Source: a virus (lineage: Duplodnaviria > Caudoviricetes). From it: DNA of 41,826 nucleotides. The notes under the pieces are model-generated. The model worked only from the letters and a program-made list of their open reading frames with translations, ran no database searches and was not told the DNA's origin. Every line of letters starts with the position of its first letter. Within the stretch, counting starts at the first letter, position 1. Of the stretch, positions 19,459 to 28,558 are shown in pieces. The stretch spans positions 1 through 41,826 of the IMG/VR virus record IMGVR_UViG_3300020530_000015, one strand, 5' to 3'. The position numbers were made by a program, and so were the translations under genes.

Positions 19459-19685
19459 GGCCTGTCGTCTTCTGGGTGTTGGTTGGACATTGGGAAGGCA
19501 CGCCGTTTCCGATCATGCGAGGTCAAACACCGCCGCCGTTTTCGGTGTGGTCGGTGACAGACCAAAAGCATTGGGAAGAGTTGCGAAGCGAGAAGTATTA
19601 CACGCGACGGTCGAAGTCTCGGCCAGTCGCAAAAGTGGATCGTGAGTTTCAGAAACAAACCGGCAAAGACGTTTGGGAAGAATGA
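19407..19685 (+). CDS. Cassette A ORF1, starting inside the attC loop
   Basis: GGAG-N9-ATG in the hairpin loop; MQNEKTLAATSVQPIVPRP... Confidence 0.6.
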   Translation: MQNEKTLAATSVQPIVPRPVVFWVLVGHWEGTPFPIMRGQTPPPFSVWSVTDQKHWEELRSEKYYTRRSKSRPVAKVDREFQKQTGKDVWEE

Positions 19686-19981
19686 TGCAGAGCGTTAAAG
19701 ATTTGGAAACATCGCTCAAGCAGATGGAAGCAGAGCGAGATTACAACGTAAGGATGCAAAAGTTTTTCGATGAAGAAGGCCACGAAGGGGCCGCGAAGTC
19801 ATACGAACGCAAAGCGTTCTGGTATCAGATCGCGTGCAACTCGATTAAGTATGAAATCAAACAGCAGCACGAAAACGACCCATACGCTAAATGCGAGTCT
19901 CTTGAAGAGTGCTTCCAGGTTTTCATGGAAGAAGATCCTCAAATGCGAAAGTTTTTTGGAAAGGACAAAGATGGCAAGTAA
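19682..19981 (+). CDS. Cassette A ORF2, hypothetical
   Basis: ATGA overlap with ORF1. Confidence 0.6.
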   Translation: MMQSVKDLETSLKQMEAERDYNVRMQKFFDEEGHEGAAKSYERKAFWYQIACNSIKYEIKQQHENDPYAKCESLEECFQVFMEEDPQMRKFFGKDKDGK

Positions 19982-20267
19982 CACGTTTACGATTGAATTG
20001 TCAGACCAGGACCGACGACGCATTGATGCGTTGTGCAAAGCGATGTGCCCAACGGGCACGGTCGCCGTGGTCGTCTACGTGGAAACCGTAGGTTTCACGG
20101 ATGGCGTTCACCTGTTTAGCAGCGTAGACGACGCGGAGCGTTGGATGCTGCAAGAGATTCGGCAGCATGGCGGCGAGCAGTCGCATTTGACGCTGGACGA
20201 GTTTCAGAAGCGGCTCAAGCCGAACGAGGATTTTTGGATTGTTGACGTTCACGATAGGCGTCGGTAG
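19971..20267 (+). CDS. Cassette A ORF3, hypothetical
   Basis: AAGGA RBS; stop 2 nt before the cassette end motif CCGTGGAAC. Confidence 0.6.
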   Translation: MASNTFTIELSDQDRRRIDALCKAMCPTGTVAVVVYVETVGFTDGVHLFSSVDDAERWMLQEIRQHGGEQSHLTLDEFQKRLKPNEDFWIVDVHDRRR

Positions 20268-20271
20268 GTCC

Positions 20272-20361
20272 GTGGAACGATTGGATTAACCCAGCCGCCG
20301 TGGTTGGGCTTCCATCAAAGAAAACGATATTCGGCGGCTTGGGTTGAATCCTTTGTTCGCC
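20272..20361 (-). mobile_element. attC-like site 2
   Basis: Minus strand GGCGAAC-AAAGG-ATTCAACC...GGTTAAT-CCAATC-GTTCCAC, the canonical R''-L''...L'-R' layout. Confidence 0.85.
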
Positions 20362-20376
20362 TGCTTTAGTGACGCA

Positions 20377-20559
20377 ATGCAAGAACCATTACCAATGATG
20401 TGTGAGCGTAACGGATGCGACAGGCAAGCCGTCTACGATTGCGAACCGATCCCAGGGACAGCCGAACCGGGATGGGAAGACGAACCAACGGCAAGGTGCG
20501 AAGAACACTCAAAGGGTTTACTGATTCTCAGGAGGGTCATAGATGTTTCCAAAGATTAA
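20377..20559 (+). CDS. Cassette B ORF1, small Cys/His zinc-binding protein
   Basis: CERNGCDRQA...RCEEH. Confidence 0.5.
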   Translation: MQEPLPMMCERNGCDRQAVYDCEPIPGTAEPGWEDEPTARCEEHSKGLLILRRVIDVSKD

Positions 20560-20677
20560 AAAGTGGCGTGGGCGTTGGCAGTTCCAGTGGTTCCGCAAGG
20601 GGCGTCTGCATTACGGAACAGACTCTTTTCGGCGATGGCTTGCGTACCCGATTCGCGTGATTCGGGGTAAGGTCTGA
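20543..20677 (+). CDS. Cassette B ORF2, 44-aa Arg/Trp-rich peptide
   Basis: GGAGGG RBS; MFPKIKKWRGRWQFQWFRKGRLHYGTDSFRRWLAYPIRVIRGKV. Confidence 0.45.
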   Translation: MFPKIKKWRGRWQFQWFRKGRLHYGTDSFRRWLAYPIRVIRGKV

Positions 20678-20688
20678 GTCAGGCGAAC

Positions 20689-21222
20689 ATGATGATCAGC
20701 GTCAACGGAATGCAAAAGATCGGCAAGTATCCAAAGATCATGGTACTCGCGAAGATGCGAGGCAATGCCGGAATCACGGTCAAGGACGTTCAGAAGTTCA
20801 TGGATTGCGACGCTCGGCAAGCGATCAGCTATATCACGCAATGCCGGCAGAAACGCTGGCTTCGCGTCGAGGGTCGAAAGAAGCTTAACTACGTCTGGGT
20901 TGCATCGGCAGCATACGACAGCTGGCTGCATGCACAGGGCGACCCGACGTTTAAGCCCGAGAGGCTCTATCCATCGGTGGCAAGAGACATCCTTCTAAAG
21001 GGACACGACGAGGACTTCGTTCCTCGCGGACTTGGCACGCCAACGCAACACCCAATCGGCAGCGAAGCAAAGATCGAAGTCCTTCGGCAGCGGGTCGAGC
21101 AAGGCTACGAGCTTTTCCATCCAGATGACTCGAAGGAGTGGGACACGACCAAGGCTAAGCCCGTCGAGGAAATCAAGACGACGAAAATCACAGTTTCTAA
21201 CAGGAAGTTTCTAGCAGATTAA
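20689..21222 (+). CDS. Hypothetical protein, possible N-terminal winged helix
   Basis: 177 aa; C-terminal PTQHPIGSEAKIEVLRQR...LFHPDD. Confidence 0.65.
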   Translation: MMISVNGMQKIGKYPKIMVLAKMRGNAGITVKDVQKFMDCDARQAISYITQCRQKRWLRVEGRKKLNYVWVASAAYDSWLHAQGDPTFKPERLYPSVARDILLKGHDEDFVPRGLGTPTQHPIGSEAKIEVLRQRVEQGYELFHPDDSKEWDTTKAKPVEEIKTTKITVSNRKFLAD

Positions 21223-21238
21223 CCAGATAAGGAGATCG

Positions 21239-21451
21239 ATGATGTTAGTGCTAAGTCGCAAGGAAGATGAAGTGATTTTGATCGACGGCGGGATCCGGCT
21301 GCGAGTCGTTTCGATTCGCGGTGGCCGAGTGCAGCTCGGCATCACAGCACCGCCAGCGGTGAAGATTCTTCGAGAGGAGTTGGCCGAAGAGGATGACGGA
21401 CGAGGACCTAACGGAACTTTGGAACGAACGGGCGGCGATCCAACAACATGA
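21239..21451 (+). CDS. csrA: Carbon storage regulator CsrA/RsmA homologue
   Basis: MLVLSRK.DE.I.I...RVQLGITAP..VKILREEL; AAGGAG RBS. Confidence 0.9.
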   Translation: MMLVLSRKEDEVILIDGGIRLRVVSIRGGRVQLGITAPPAVKILREELAEEDDGRGPNGTLERTGGDPTT

Positions 21452-21590
21452 TGGCAAGCTGCCAAAGGAAGAGGCCGAGAGGCGAGCGTATCTCGAGCTA
21501 AAGCGAACGCATGGCCGAGTACCAAACGAGGTTTTGAAACAAGTTCAGGAATCGATGGGGAGGATAAGAAATGGTCGCATTGACAAATAA
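21393..21590 (+). CDS. Hypothetical protein (ERAAI..DG motif)
   Basis: WNERAAIQQHDGKLPKEEAERRAY. Confidence 0.6.
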   Translation: MTDEDLTELWNERAAIQQHDGKLPKEEAERRAYLELKRTHGRVPNEVLKQVQESMGRIRNGRIDK

Positions 21591-21777
21591 AAGATCGATG
21601 ACGCGAAATCAAGACTACCAAGAAGGCTGGCGAGACGGTTGGACTGATTGCTACGAAAGTTGCGAGGAGTTGCTAAAGGTCGCACCGCCACCGACACGCA
21701 GCGATGTTGTGTCTGCGTATCTGATGGTTAGCCTCACCGCTGGCCTGATTGGCTTCCTGATCGGGGTGGCAGCATGA
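21571..21777 (+). CDS. Small protein with C-terminal TM helix
   Basis: Hydrophobic C-terminus; overlaps the next gene. Confidence 0.5.
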   Translation: MVALTNKRSMTRNQDYQEGWRDGWTDCYESCEELLKVAPPPTRSDVVSAYLMVSLTAGLIGFLIGVAA

Positions 21778-22553
21778 ACTACTACAGCGACCATTCCAGA
21801 GTTAGCAACTCAATGTTGAGCCTGCTGAAGGAATCGCCTGAGCTATACCATCGCCGGTATATCCTCGGCCTGGATGAGCGGCAGCCGACGCCGCAGATGA
21901 AGCTAGGCAGCCTTGTTCACGCTTTGATTCTTGAGCCTGAGACGGTGCCAAACAAGTACGCTTGCGTCCCAAAGGTCGACCGTCGGACCAAGGAAGGTAA
22001 AGCGATATACGAAAGGATTGTTTGCGAGCATCAAGGTAAGGAGCTGATCGACTACGAGTCGTGGGAACAAGCTATGAAAATGGCCGAGGCTGTCACGAAT
22101 CATGGCGAGTGCAAGCAGGTCTTCCGCTCTCAGTGTGATGTCGAGCTTGAGCTAACCTTCGACCTGTTTGATACACCATGCAAAAGCAAGCTGGACTTGG
22201 TGCATCATTCGCGGACGCTGATCCTCGACGTTAAGACCACCAGCGACGTTTCGCCGAGAGCGTTTGCTTCATCTGTCGCTAACTACGGCTACCACCGCCA
22301 GGCGGCGATGTATAGCCAGGCTGTCGAGCTTCTGTACGGCGTTCGCCCTCGGTTTGTCTTTGCTTGCGTGTCCACCAGCGAGCCGTATATCGCGGCCTGT
22401 TACGAGCTGGATGCAGTCGCAGTCGATACCGGCTTGGCCGAAGTCTGCCAACTGATCGAGGAGCTTCGGACACGCACCGAGCACAACGATTGGACGAGCG
22501 ACCACGCCAAAGGCGTGAACGTGCTTAGCCTGCCGAAATACTACTTTAACTAG
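21774..22553 (+). CDS. RecE/exonuclease VIII-like PD-(D/E)XK nuclease
   Basis: SNSML, GSLVHALILEP, KSKLD, DVKTT, YGYHRQAAMY. Confidence 0.9.
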   Translation: MNYYSDHSRVSNSMLSLLKESPELYHRRYILGLDERQPTPQMKLGSLVHALILEPETVPNKYACVPKVDRRTKEGKAIYERIVCEHQGKELIDYESWEQAMKMAEAVTNHGECKQVFRSQCDVELELTFDLFDTPCKSKLDLVHHSRTLILDVKTTSDVSPRAFASSVANYGYHRQAAMYSQAVELLYGVRPRFVFACVSTSEPYIAACYELDAVAVDTGLAEVCQLIEELRTRTEHNDWTSDHAKGVNVLSLPKYYFN

Positions 22554-22566
22554 CGAGGGAGCGATC

Positions 22567-23973
22567 ATGGAGTACGAAGATTTTATAGACAACAAGCGTC
22601 ACATAAGCGGATTCCACGGCTTTGAGCCGATTTATCTTCCTGACTGTTTGTTTGACTTCCAGCAATCGTTGACATCTTGGGCAATTAAAAAAGGAAGGGC
22701 AGCAATTTTTGCCGACTGCGGAATGGGCAAGACGCTTATGCAACTCGTCTGGGCCGACAATGTAGTTCGCAAAACAAATAAGCCAGTCTTGATCGTAACG
22801 CCGCTAGCTGTCGGTTATCAGACCGCAGAAGAGGCAGAGAAATTTGGAATTGATGCAAGCCGGTCAAGCGATGGCAAGGCGAATGGGGCAAAGGTCTTTA
22901 TCACAAATTACGAGCGATTGCACCACTTTGACAAGTCTGCATTTTCTGGAATGGTTTGCGACGAGTCTTCAATCCTAAAAAACTTTGAAGGTGCGACGAA
23001 AGCTGCAATCACCGAGTTCATGCGAATGATGAAGTATCGTCTTCTGTGCACAGCAACAGCGGCTCCGAATGACTACGTCGAGTTGGGTACAAGCAGCGAG
23101 GCTCTTGGAGAGCTTGGGTACATGGACATGCTGGGCATGTTTTTTACTAACAAAGAAGGCAGCTTGCATCCGAATTCAAGAGCGTTTGCAACTGGTCGTG
23201 CTTTCGATGGACTGTGGCGGTTTAAGTCGCATGCAGAGCAGCCATTTTGGAGATGGATGTGCTCGTGGGCAAGAGCATTAAGACGGCCAAGCGACCTTGG
23301 ATTTGACGATAGGAATTTTGTTCTTCCTGGATTGGTCGAGGAAAAGATCTTGATTGAAGCGAGCAAGCCAGCACCTGGGATGCTGTTTGTGATACCGGCG
23401 AAAGGACTAGCAGAGCAACGCAAGGAAAAGAAGCAGACGATTGTTGAGCGATGCGAAAAAGCCGCCGAGCTTGTCGAAGGCAAGGACTACTCTGTTTCTT
23501 GGTGCCATCTAAACCAAGAAGGTGATCTGCTGGAAAAGATGATCGCCGATTCTGTCCAGGTAAGCGGCAATGACAGCGATGACGAGAAAGAAGAAAAGTT
23601 TATCGCCTTTAGCAGTGGACAGGTAAAGCGACTAATAACCAAGCCCAAGATCGCGGCATTTGGAATGAACTGGCAGCATTGCAACCACATGACGTACTTC
23701 CCTTCGCACTCATTCGAGCAGTACTACCAATGCGTCAGGAGATTTTGGCGATTTGGACAGAAGCGATCTGTACTTGTCGACACGGTAACGACAGAGGGAG
23801 AAGCCGACGTTTTTGAAAATCTTAAGCGTAAAGCTAAAGCATGCGAGCTGATGTTTGAAAGTCTCGTCGCCGAGATGAACAACGAGCTGGCAATATCCAA
23901 GGAAATCACTTTCGGAATGAACGTTATGAAGCCTTCTTTTTTTAGTGGGGAATACTGTGGCCAAAGTGCTTGA
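22567..23973 (+). CDS. SNF2/SF2 helicase
   Basis: ADCGMGKT, CDESS, TATAAPND, QCVRRFWRFGQ. Confidence 0.9.
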   Translation: MEYEDFIDNKRHISGFHGFEPIYLPDCLFDFQQSLTSWAIKKGRAAIFADCGMGKTLMQLVWADNVVRKTNKPVLIVTPLAVGYQTAEEAEKFGIDASRSSDGKANGAKVFITNYERLHHFDKSAFSGMVCDESSILKNFEGATKAAITEFMRMMKYRLLCTATAAPNDYVELGTSSEALGELGYMDMLGMFFTNKEGSLHPNSRAFATGRAFDGLWRFKSHAEQPFWRWMCSWARALRRPSDLGFDDRNFVLPGLVEEKILIEASKPAPGMLFVIPAKGLAEQRKEKKQTIVERCEKAAELVEGKDYSVSWCHLNQEGDLLEKMIADSVQVSGNDSDDEKEEKFIAFSSGQVKRLITKPKIAAFGMNWQHCNHMTYFPSHSFEQYYQCVRRFWRFGQKRSVLVDTVTTEGEADVFENLKRKAKACELMFESLVAEMNNELAISKEITFGMNVMKPSFFSGEYCGQSA

Positions 23974-24949
23974 TCAACAAATCACCGATCGATATGCGAT
24001 CTACAACGGCGACTGCTGCGATGTCATTCGCGAGCTGCCAGATGATTCGATCCATCTCTCTGTATATAGCCCTCCTTTTTGCGGCTTATACAACTACAGC
24101 AGCAGCGAGCGAGATATGAGCAACTGCCGCAGCTACCAAGAGTTTTTCGACCACTACGAGTTTCTCGTAAAAGAAATTGCACGGACAACCATTCCTGGTC
24201 GCGTTACTGCGGTTCATTGCATGGACGTTCCAGAGGGCGAAGGGTTTGCTCGGCGTCTTGTGGATTTCCCTGGCGACATTATTCGGCTTCATGAACGGTT
24301 TGGATTTAGACACATTGCAAGACACTGCGTATGGAAGGAGCCGCTGGGAGTGCGTCTTAGGACAATGGCAAAAGGTCTTGCCCATAAGCAAATCGTAGAC
24401 GACTCGATTTTATGCGATGTGGCTTCTGCCGATTATCTGCTTCTCTTTCGCAAAAAGGGAACTAACCCAGTTCCGATTGCTCACCCAACTGGACTTCACT
24501 GGTACGCAGGTTCCAGAAATGTTCCCGATGAGTTGATGAAATACCGAGGGCACCGAGGGAAGCAAACTGAGAATCGGTATAGCCATTGGATCTGGCGGCA
24601 GTATGCATCGGCATTCTGGGACGATGTTCGAATCGACAGGGTTTTGCCATACAAGGAATCTCGCGAGCCTGATGATGAAAAGCACGTGCATCCGCTGCAA
24701 TTGGATGTCATAGAACGAGTTGTCGTGCTTCGGTCAAACCCTGGTGAAGTTGTCTTTACCCCGTTCATGGGCGTCGGCAGCGAAGTATATGGAGCGTTGC
24801 TGAACGGGCGAAACGCCATTGGAGTTGAGCTTAAGTCAAGCTACTACAAGCAGGCAGTTCGAAATGTCAAAAAGGCTTTGGAGTCTGAGCCAGAGCAGGC
24901 TGGTCTGTTTGATTTGTCCGAGTCTATCGAAAGCGAGGAGCTTGTTTAA
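23957..24949 (+). CDS. N4-cytosine/N6-adenine DNA methyltransferase (beta class)
   Basis: SPPF catalytic motif; HVHPLQ; TPFMGVGS SAM-binding motif. Confidence 0.9.
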   Translation: MAKVLDQQITDRYAIYNGDCCDVIRELPDDSIHLSVYSPPFCGLYNYSSSERDMSNCRSYQEFFDHYEFLVKEIARTTIPGRVTAVHCMDVPEGEGFARRLVDFPGDIIRLHERFGFRHIARHCVWKEPLGVRLRTMAKGLAHKQIVDDSILCDVASADYLLLFRKKGTNPVPIAHPTGLHWYAGSRNVPDELMKYRGHRGKQTENRYSHWIWRQYASAFWDDVRIDRVLPYKESREPDDEKHVHPLQLDVIERVVVLRSNPGEVVFTPFMGVGSEVYGALLNGRNAIGVELKSSYYKQAVRNVKKALESEPEQAGLFDLSESIESEELV

Positions 24950-25695
24950 TGAACGCAATTACAACCGAACAACCCAAGAAACATTCCATTCGCGAGTACT
25001 TGGCCGCACCGTCGATGCTTGAGCAGATTGGCCGAGCGTTGCCGCAGCACATGACGGCGGAACGAATGGCGAGGATCGCGACGACATGCCTTGCCAGAGT
25101 TCCGAAGCTTGCGGAGTGTACGCCTGAAAGTTTCTTTCGGTGCCTCCTCGACTTATCGGCCTGGGGCTTAGAGCCAGACGGTCGGCATGCTCACCTGATC
25201 CCGTATGGCAAAGAGTGTACGCTGGTCCTGGACTACAAGGGCATCGTCGCTCTGGCCTATCGATCGGAAAAGATCCTTTCGATTCACTGCGACGTTATCC
25301 GCGAGGGCGACCTGTTCGAGTTCAGCCTTGGCGAGGTGAAACAGCATACGCCGTGGGCATTCCGCAACGAAGGCAAGCCGACTTCCGCCGGTGAGATCGT
25401 CGGGGCTTATGCCTACATCAAACTTGTAAACGGTGCCATCAAATGCGAGCTGATGAGCCGCGATGAAATCGAGGCTATCCGCAAAAGGTCGCGGGCTGGC
25501 AACTCCGGGCCGTGGGTTACGGACTTCGCAGAAATGTCAAAAAAAACCGTGTTCCGCCGAGCCTCGAAGTGGATACCGCTCTCGGCTGAGATTGTGCAAG
25601 CCTTCGAGCGAGACGACGAGCAGTTTGCCGTATCGCAACCGATCAAGGCCGACCCGATCGATATTGCTGGGCTGATCGGGGGAAGCGATGAGTAG
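24949..25695 (+). CDS. recT: RecT single-strand annealing protein
   Basis: ALPQHMTAERMARI, GLEP, HLIPY, GPWVTDFAEMSKKTVFRRASKWIPLS. Confidence 0.95.
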   Translation: MNAITTEQPKKHSIREYLAAPSMLEQIGRALPQHMTAERMARIATTCLARVPKLAECTPESFFRCLLDLSAWGLEPDGRHAHLIPYGKECTLVLDYKGIVALAYRSEKILSIHCDVIREGDLFEFSLGEVKQHTPWAFRNEGKPTSAGEIVGAYAYIKLVNGAIKCELMSRDEIEAIRKRSRAGNSGPWVTDFAEMSKKTVFRRASKWIPLSAEIVQAFERDDEQFAVSQPIKADPIDIAGLIGGSDE

Positions 25696-25996
25696 CCAAG
25701 ACTTGTTTGCCTGGGCCTCGGCTCGCAGCAGCGACCCGGATACCAGTCAGCTAGCGGCGGAGCATATCAAGCCCTCGCTAACGCGGCTGCGGCGGATGTT
25801 CCTTCAGTCGCTGGTCAAGCTTGGCCAGTCGACGGCCAACGAAGCGGCCTGGCATGCGACGGGCGACCATACGCTACGCGAATCGATCCGCAAGCGAGCG
25901 GCTGAACTGGTGAAGAGCGGCGAAATCGAAATCGCCGGCAAGCGGCAATGCAAGGTGACTGGCGTTGCGGCAAATGTGTATCGGGTGGCGGAGTAG
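25688..25996 (+). CDS. Winged-helix DNA-binding protein
   Basis: ARSSDPDTSQLAA...RKRAAELV. Confidence 0.7.
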   Translation: MSSQDLFAWASARSSDPDTSQLAAEHIKPSLTRLRRMFLQSLVKLGQSTANEAAWHATGDHTLRESIRKRAAELVKSGEIEIAGKRQCKVTGVAANVYRVAE

Positions 25997-26022
25997 GTTT
26001 CTGAAAGCATTGAGGGAGAGCT

Positions 26023-26415
26023 ATGGCATTCAAGTTGATTGACATTAAGACGAAGGCGACGAAAAGAGTCGAATACGAGGTGAGGATAAACAAAGAAAGA
26101 AAGAGCGGACAGATTAAGTTTATGTTGAGCAATAAAACGCTTGATGAGGTGGGATGGAAAGTTGGCGATAAATTCCTTCCTGGAGTCGACGAGGAATCCG
26201 GGATGGTTGGACTAATGAAGCAAAGCAACTTAGGCAACCAAGGAAATCAGTTGAGCAAAAGCGGGAAGAGTTCTTCAAAAGTCTGTTTTACTATCAAAGG
26301 CAAAGACGTGGAATCGATGTTTTTTCAAGGCGATGTCCGCATATTCCAAGAAGGCGAATGGGAGTTAAAAAACAAGACGATCCTCGTTCCGATGGCAAAG
26401 AAGGTTAGGCGGTAG
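26023..26415 (+). CDS. Hypothetical basic protein
   Basis: 130-aa ORF with GAGGGAG RBS. Confidence 0.65.
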   Translation: MAFKLIDIKTKATKRVEYEVRINKERKSGQIKFMLSNKTLDEVGWKVGDKFLPGVDEESGMVGLMKQSNLGNQGNQLSKSGKSSSKVCFTIKGKDVESMFFQGDVRIFQEGEWELKNKTILVPMAKKVRR

Positions 26416-26441
26416 TGCACACCAAAAAGGAGGGACATTAA

Positions 26442-26801
26442 ATGACTAACAAAACACAAAACCCAAGCTGGAAAGAAGAACGTGTTATCAAGTATTTGAC
26501 GCAAGGTCATTTGAAAGACTATGGCGGATACCCGTATGACTACATCATTCATTCCGGGCTGCTGCATGTAGCTACGGTGGATGAATCTAAAGATCGTAAA
26601 AGAACACTGATCGAAACGTATAACTATCTTTCATTAAGCATTCTCTATGACGAGGCTTGTGATTACATAGCGACACACAACGAGGAATGTGACGAAGGCT
26701 ACAAGTTGAGCGACTACTGGGATGAAGACTCTACGTATGTTTCTTCTGATTGGTGCGAGGCGTTCAGCGAAGTGTTCCCAAGGCCAATTGAACTTGAGTA
26801 G
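26442..26801 (+). CDS. Hypothetical acidic protein
   Basis: AGGAGG RBS. Confidence 0.65.
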   Translation: MTNKTQNPSWKEERVIKYLTQGHLKDYGGYPYDYIIHSGLLHVATVDESKDRKRTLIETYNYLSLSILYDEACDYIATHNEECDEGYKLSDYWDEDSTYVSSDWCEAFSEVFPRPIELE

Positions 26802-26834
26802 TCCTTTATTTCGATTGCTCATAGTTTTTATCAA

Positions 26835-27716
26835 ATGGAAATGGAGAACATAGGCATGAATAACCAAAACAGCACAAAGACAAACGCACTAAAAGATTTA
26901 GAGTTCCACGAGATCGCTAACATCTTTCCGATGATGGACCACGATAGGTTGATGGAGCTTGTAGAGGACATTCGGCAAAACGGGTTGCTTGATCCGATCG
27001 AGCTATACGATGGCAAGATTTTAGATGGCCGTAATCGCTACAAAGCCTGCTTGCTTGCCGGAGTTGAGCCTATCGGCAACGAGTATACAGGTGAAGATCC
27101 GCTCAAACACGTTCTATCTAAAAACCTTCATCGACGGCATATGGATGAGAGCCAGCGAGCAATGGTCGGGGCCAACATCGCGAATCTGAAAAGGGGCGGC
27201 GATGGATCTAACCAGCATGAAAAGAGCAAATCTGCAAATTTGCAGATTAGCTCATCCGTCGCCGAAGCCGCCGAGGCCGTCAACGTCGGGGTGCGGTCGA
27301 TTGCGTCTGCAAAGAAGGTCGTATCGTCCGGCGATAAGTCTTTGCAAACTCTAGTCGTTTCCGGTCAGCTTCCAGTATCGGCAGCGGAACGGTTTACAAA
27401 GATAGTGACAGACAAAAATCGCCAGGCTGAAATCATTGAGAAGCAGGGAGTCAGCGGCGTTAAGGATATTGTCAAAGAAGAACGCAAAGCAAAGAAACTC
27501 GAGTCAACTGGATATTCGCGGATAGATGATCCAAGGACAAAAACCAAGAAAGATGACTCGACGTCTTCATCTGTTTGCACAAGCATGCAATTTGCTGAAC
27601 TGGCCATTGCACATCTGGAACGAATACAAGATTGGCATGCACGCAAGCTGGAAGCGTTTCGGCTTGTAAGGGACTGGATGGATAATAAAGAAAGGGTTTG
27701 GACAAATGGAAAGTAA
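26835..27716 (+). CDS. ParB-like N-terminal domain protein
   Basis: HEIANIFPMM...ILDGRNRYKAC...NLHRRHM. Confidence 0.85.
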   Translation: MEMENIGMNNQNSTKTNALKDLEFHEIANIFPMMDHDRLMELVEDIRQNGLLDPIELYDGKILDGRNRYKACLLAGVEPIGNEYTGEDPLKHVLSKNLHRRHMDESQRAMVGANIANLKRGGDGSNQHEKSKSANLQISSSVAEAAEAVNVGVRSIASAKKVVSSGDKSLQTLVVSGQLPVSAAERFTKIVTDKNRQAEIIEKQGVSGVKDIVKEERKAKKLESTGYSRIDDPRTKTKKDDSTSSSVCTSMQFAELAIAHLERIQDWHARKLEAFRLVRDWMDNKERVWTNGK

Positions 27717-28491
27717 ACTTTGCAGAACTGACTGCTATTCAATGTTTGCGGTAAGTGCATTTAACCGAGACGTCAAGAAAATTGGGAACTTATTGCAGTC
27801 GATGAAGCGTCACGGCTTTATCTGTGCGTACCCAATTCACTGTTCACAAATGGAAGATGGAAGGCTTGAGATTAAAGCAGGCCACCATCGGTTCGAATGT
27901 GCGAAAGCCTTAGGCTTGCCTGTTTATTATGTCGTATCAAACGATGCGGCGACTATAGCTGAGCTTGAACGGGCAACTCGGCCATGGAAGCTGGAAGACT
28001 ATGTTAAATCACATGAAAGGTCTGGAGATCTAAATTCAGCCTTAGTTGTCGCGTTTGCATCAAGGACCGGAATCTGCGTTGCTTCCGTTGCTGCTATCCT
28101 TGGTGGCGAACTTGCAGCGTCGAAAAACAAGATGCAGTCAATTAAAGAGGGCAGATTTAAGCCAACTGCGGAAGGAATACGACGCATGGAAAAAATTGAA
28201 AAGGTAGTGCTGGCATGCACAGAATCGAAAATCTCTTTTGCCTGTAAGGCACTTTTTGTCAACTCGCTTTCCAAGCTGATGTTTCTTGATGAATTTGATG
28301 AGTCAATCATCGTTCACAAAGCAAGAACAAACCCGCAGCTGTTTCACAACTGTGCAACCGAAGATGCGTTTTTGGAAATGCTTGAGCATGTTCACAATTA
28401 CGGACGGTCGGATAAGCGTCCGCTTGCATTTCTTGCAAAGGAGGCTGCAAAAAGCAGAAACAAGGCTTTTTCAAAAGCATCTGCAAGATAG
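27706..28491 (+). CDS. ParB/Srx-like protein
   Basis: NRDV...SMKRHG..PI...AGHHRFECAKALGLPV. Confidence 0.75.
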   Translation: MESKLCRTDCYSMFAVSAFNRDVKKIGNLLQSMKRHGFICAYPIHCSQMEDGRLEIKAGHHRFECAKALGLPVYYVVSNDAATIAELERATRPWKLEDYVKSHERSGDLNSALVVAFASRTGICVASVAAILGGELAASKNKMQSIKEGRFKPTAEGIRRMEKIEKVVLACTESKISFACKALFVNSLSKLMFLDEFDESIIVHKARTNPQLFHNCATEDAFLEMLEHVHNYGRSDKRPLAFLAKEAAKSRNKAFSKASAR

Positions 28492-28528
28492 CTGAAAAGC
28501 GAGGCAGGCGTTAGACAACCCTCGCAGT

Positions 28529-28558
28529 GCCCGGCTGCGTCCTGCCACCGGGCTTTTT
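28529..28558 (+). terminator. Putative intrinsic terminator
   Basis: GCCCGG...CCGGGC followed by TTTTT. Confidence 0.5.

Noticed and set aside
20685-20705. GAACATGATGATCAGCG as a fourth complete attC
   Set aside because: No matching right arm downstream; better explained as the original target sequence and start of ORF 20689
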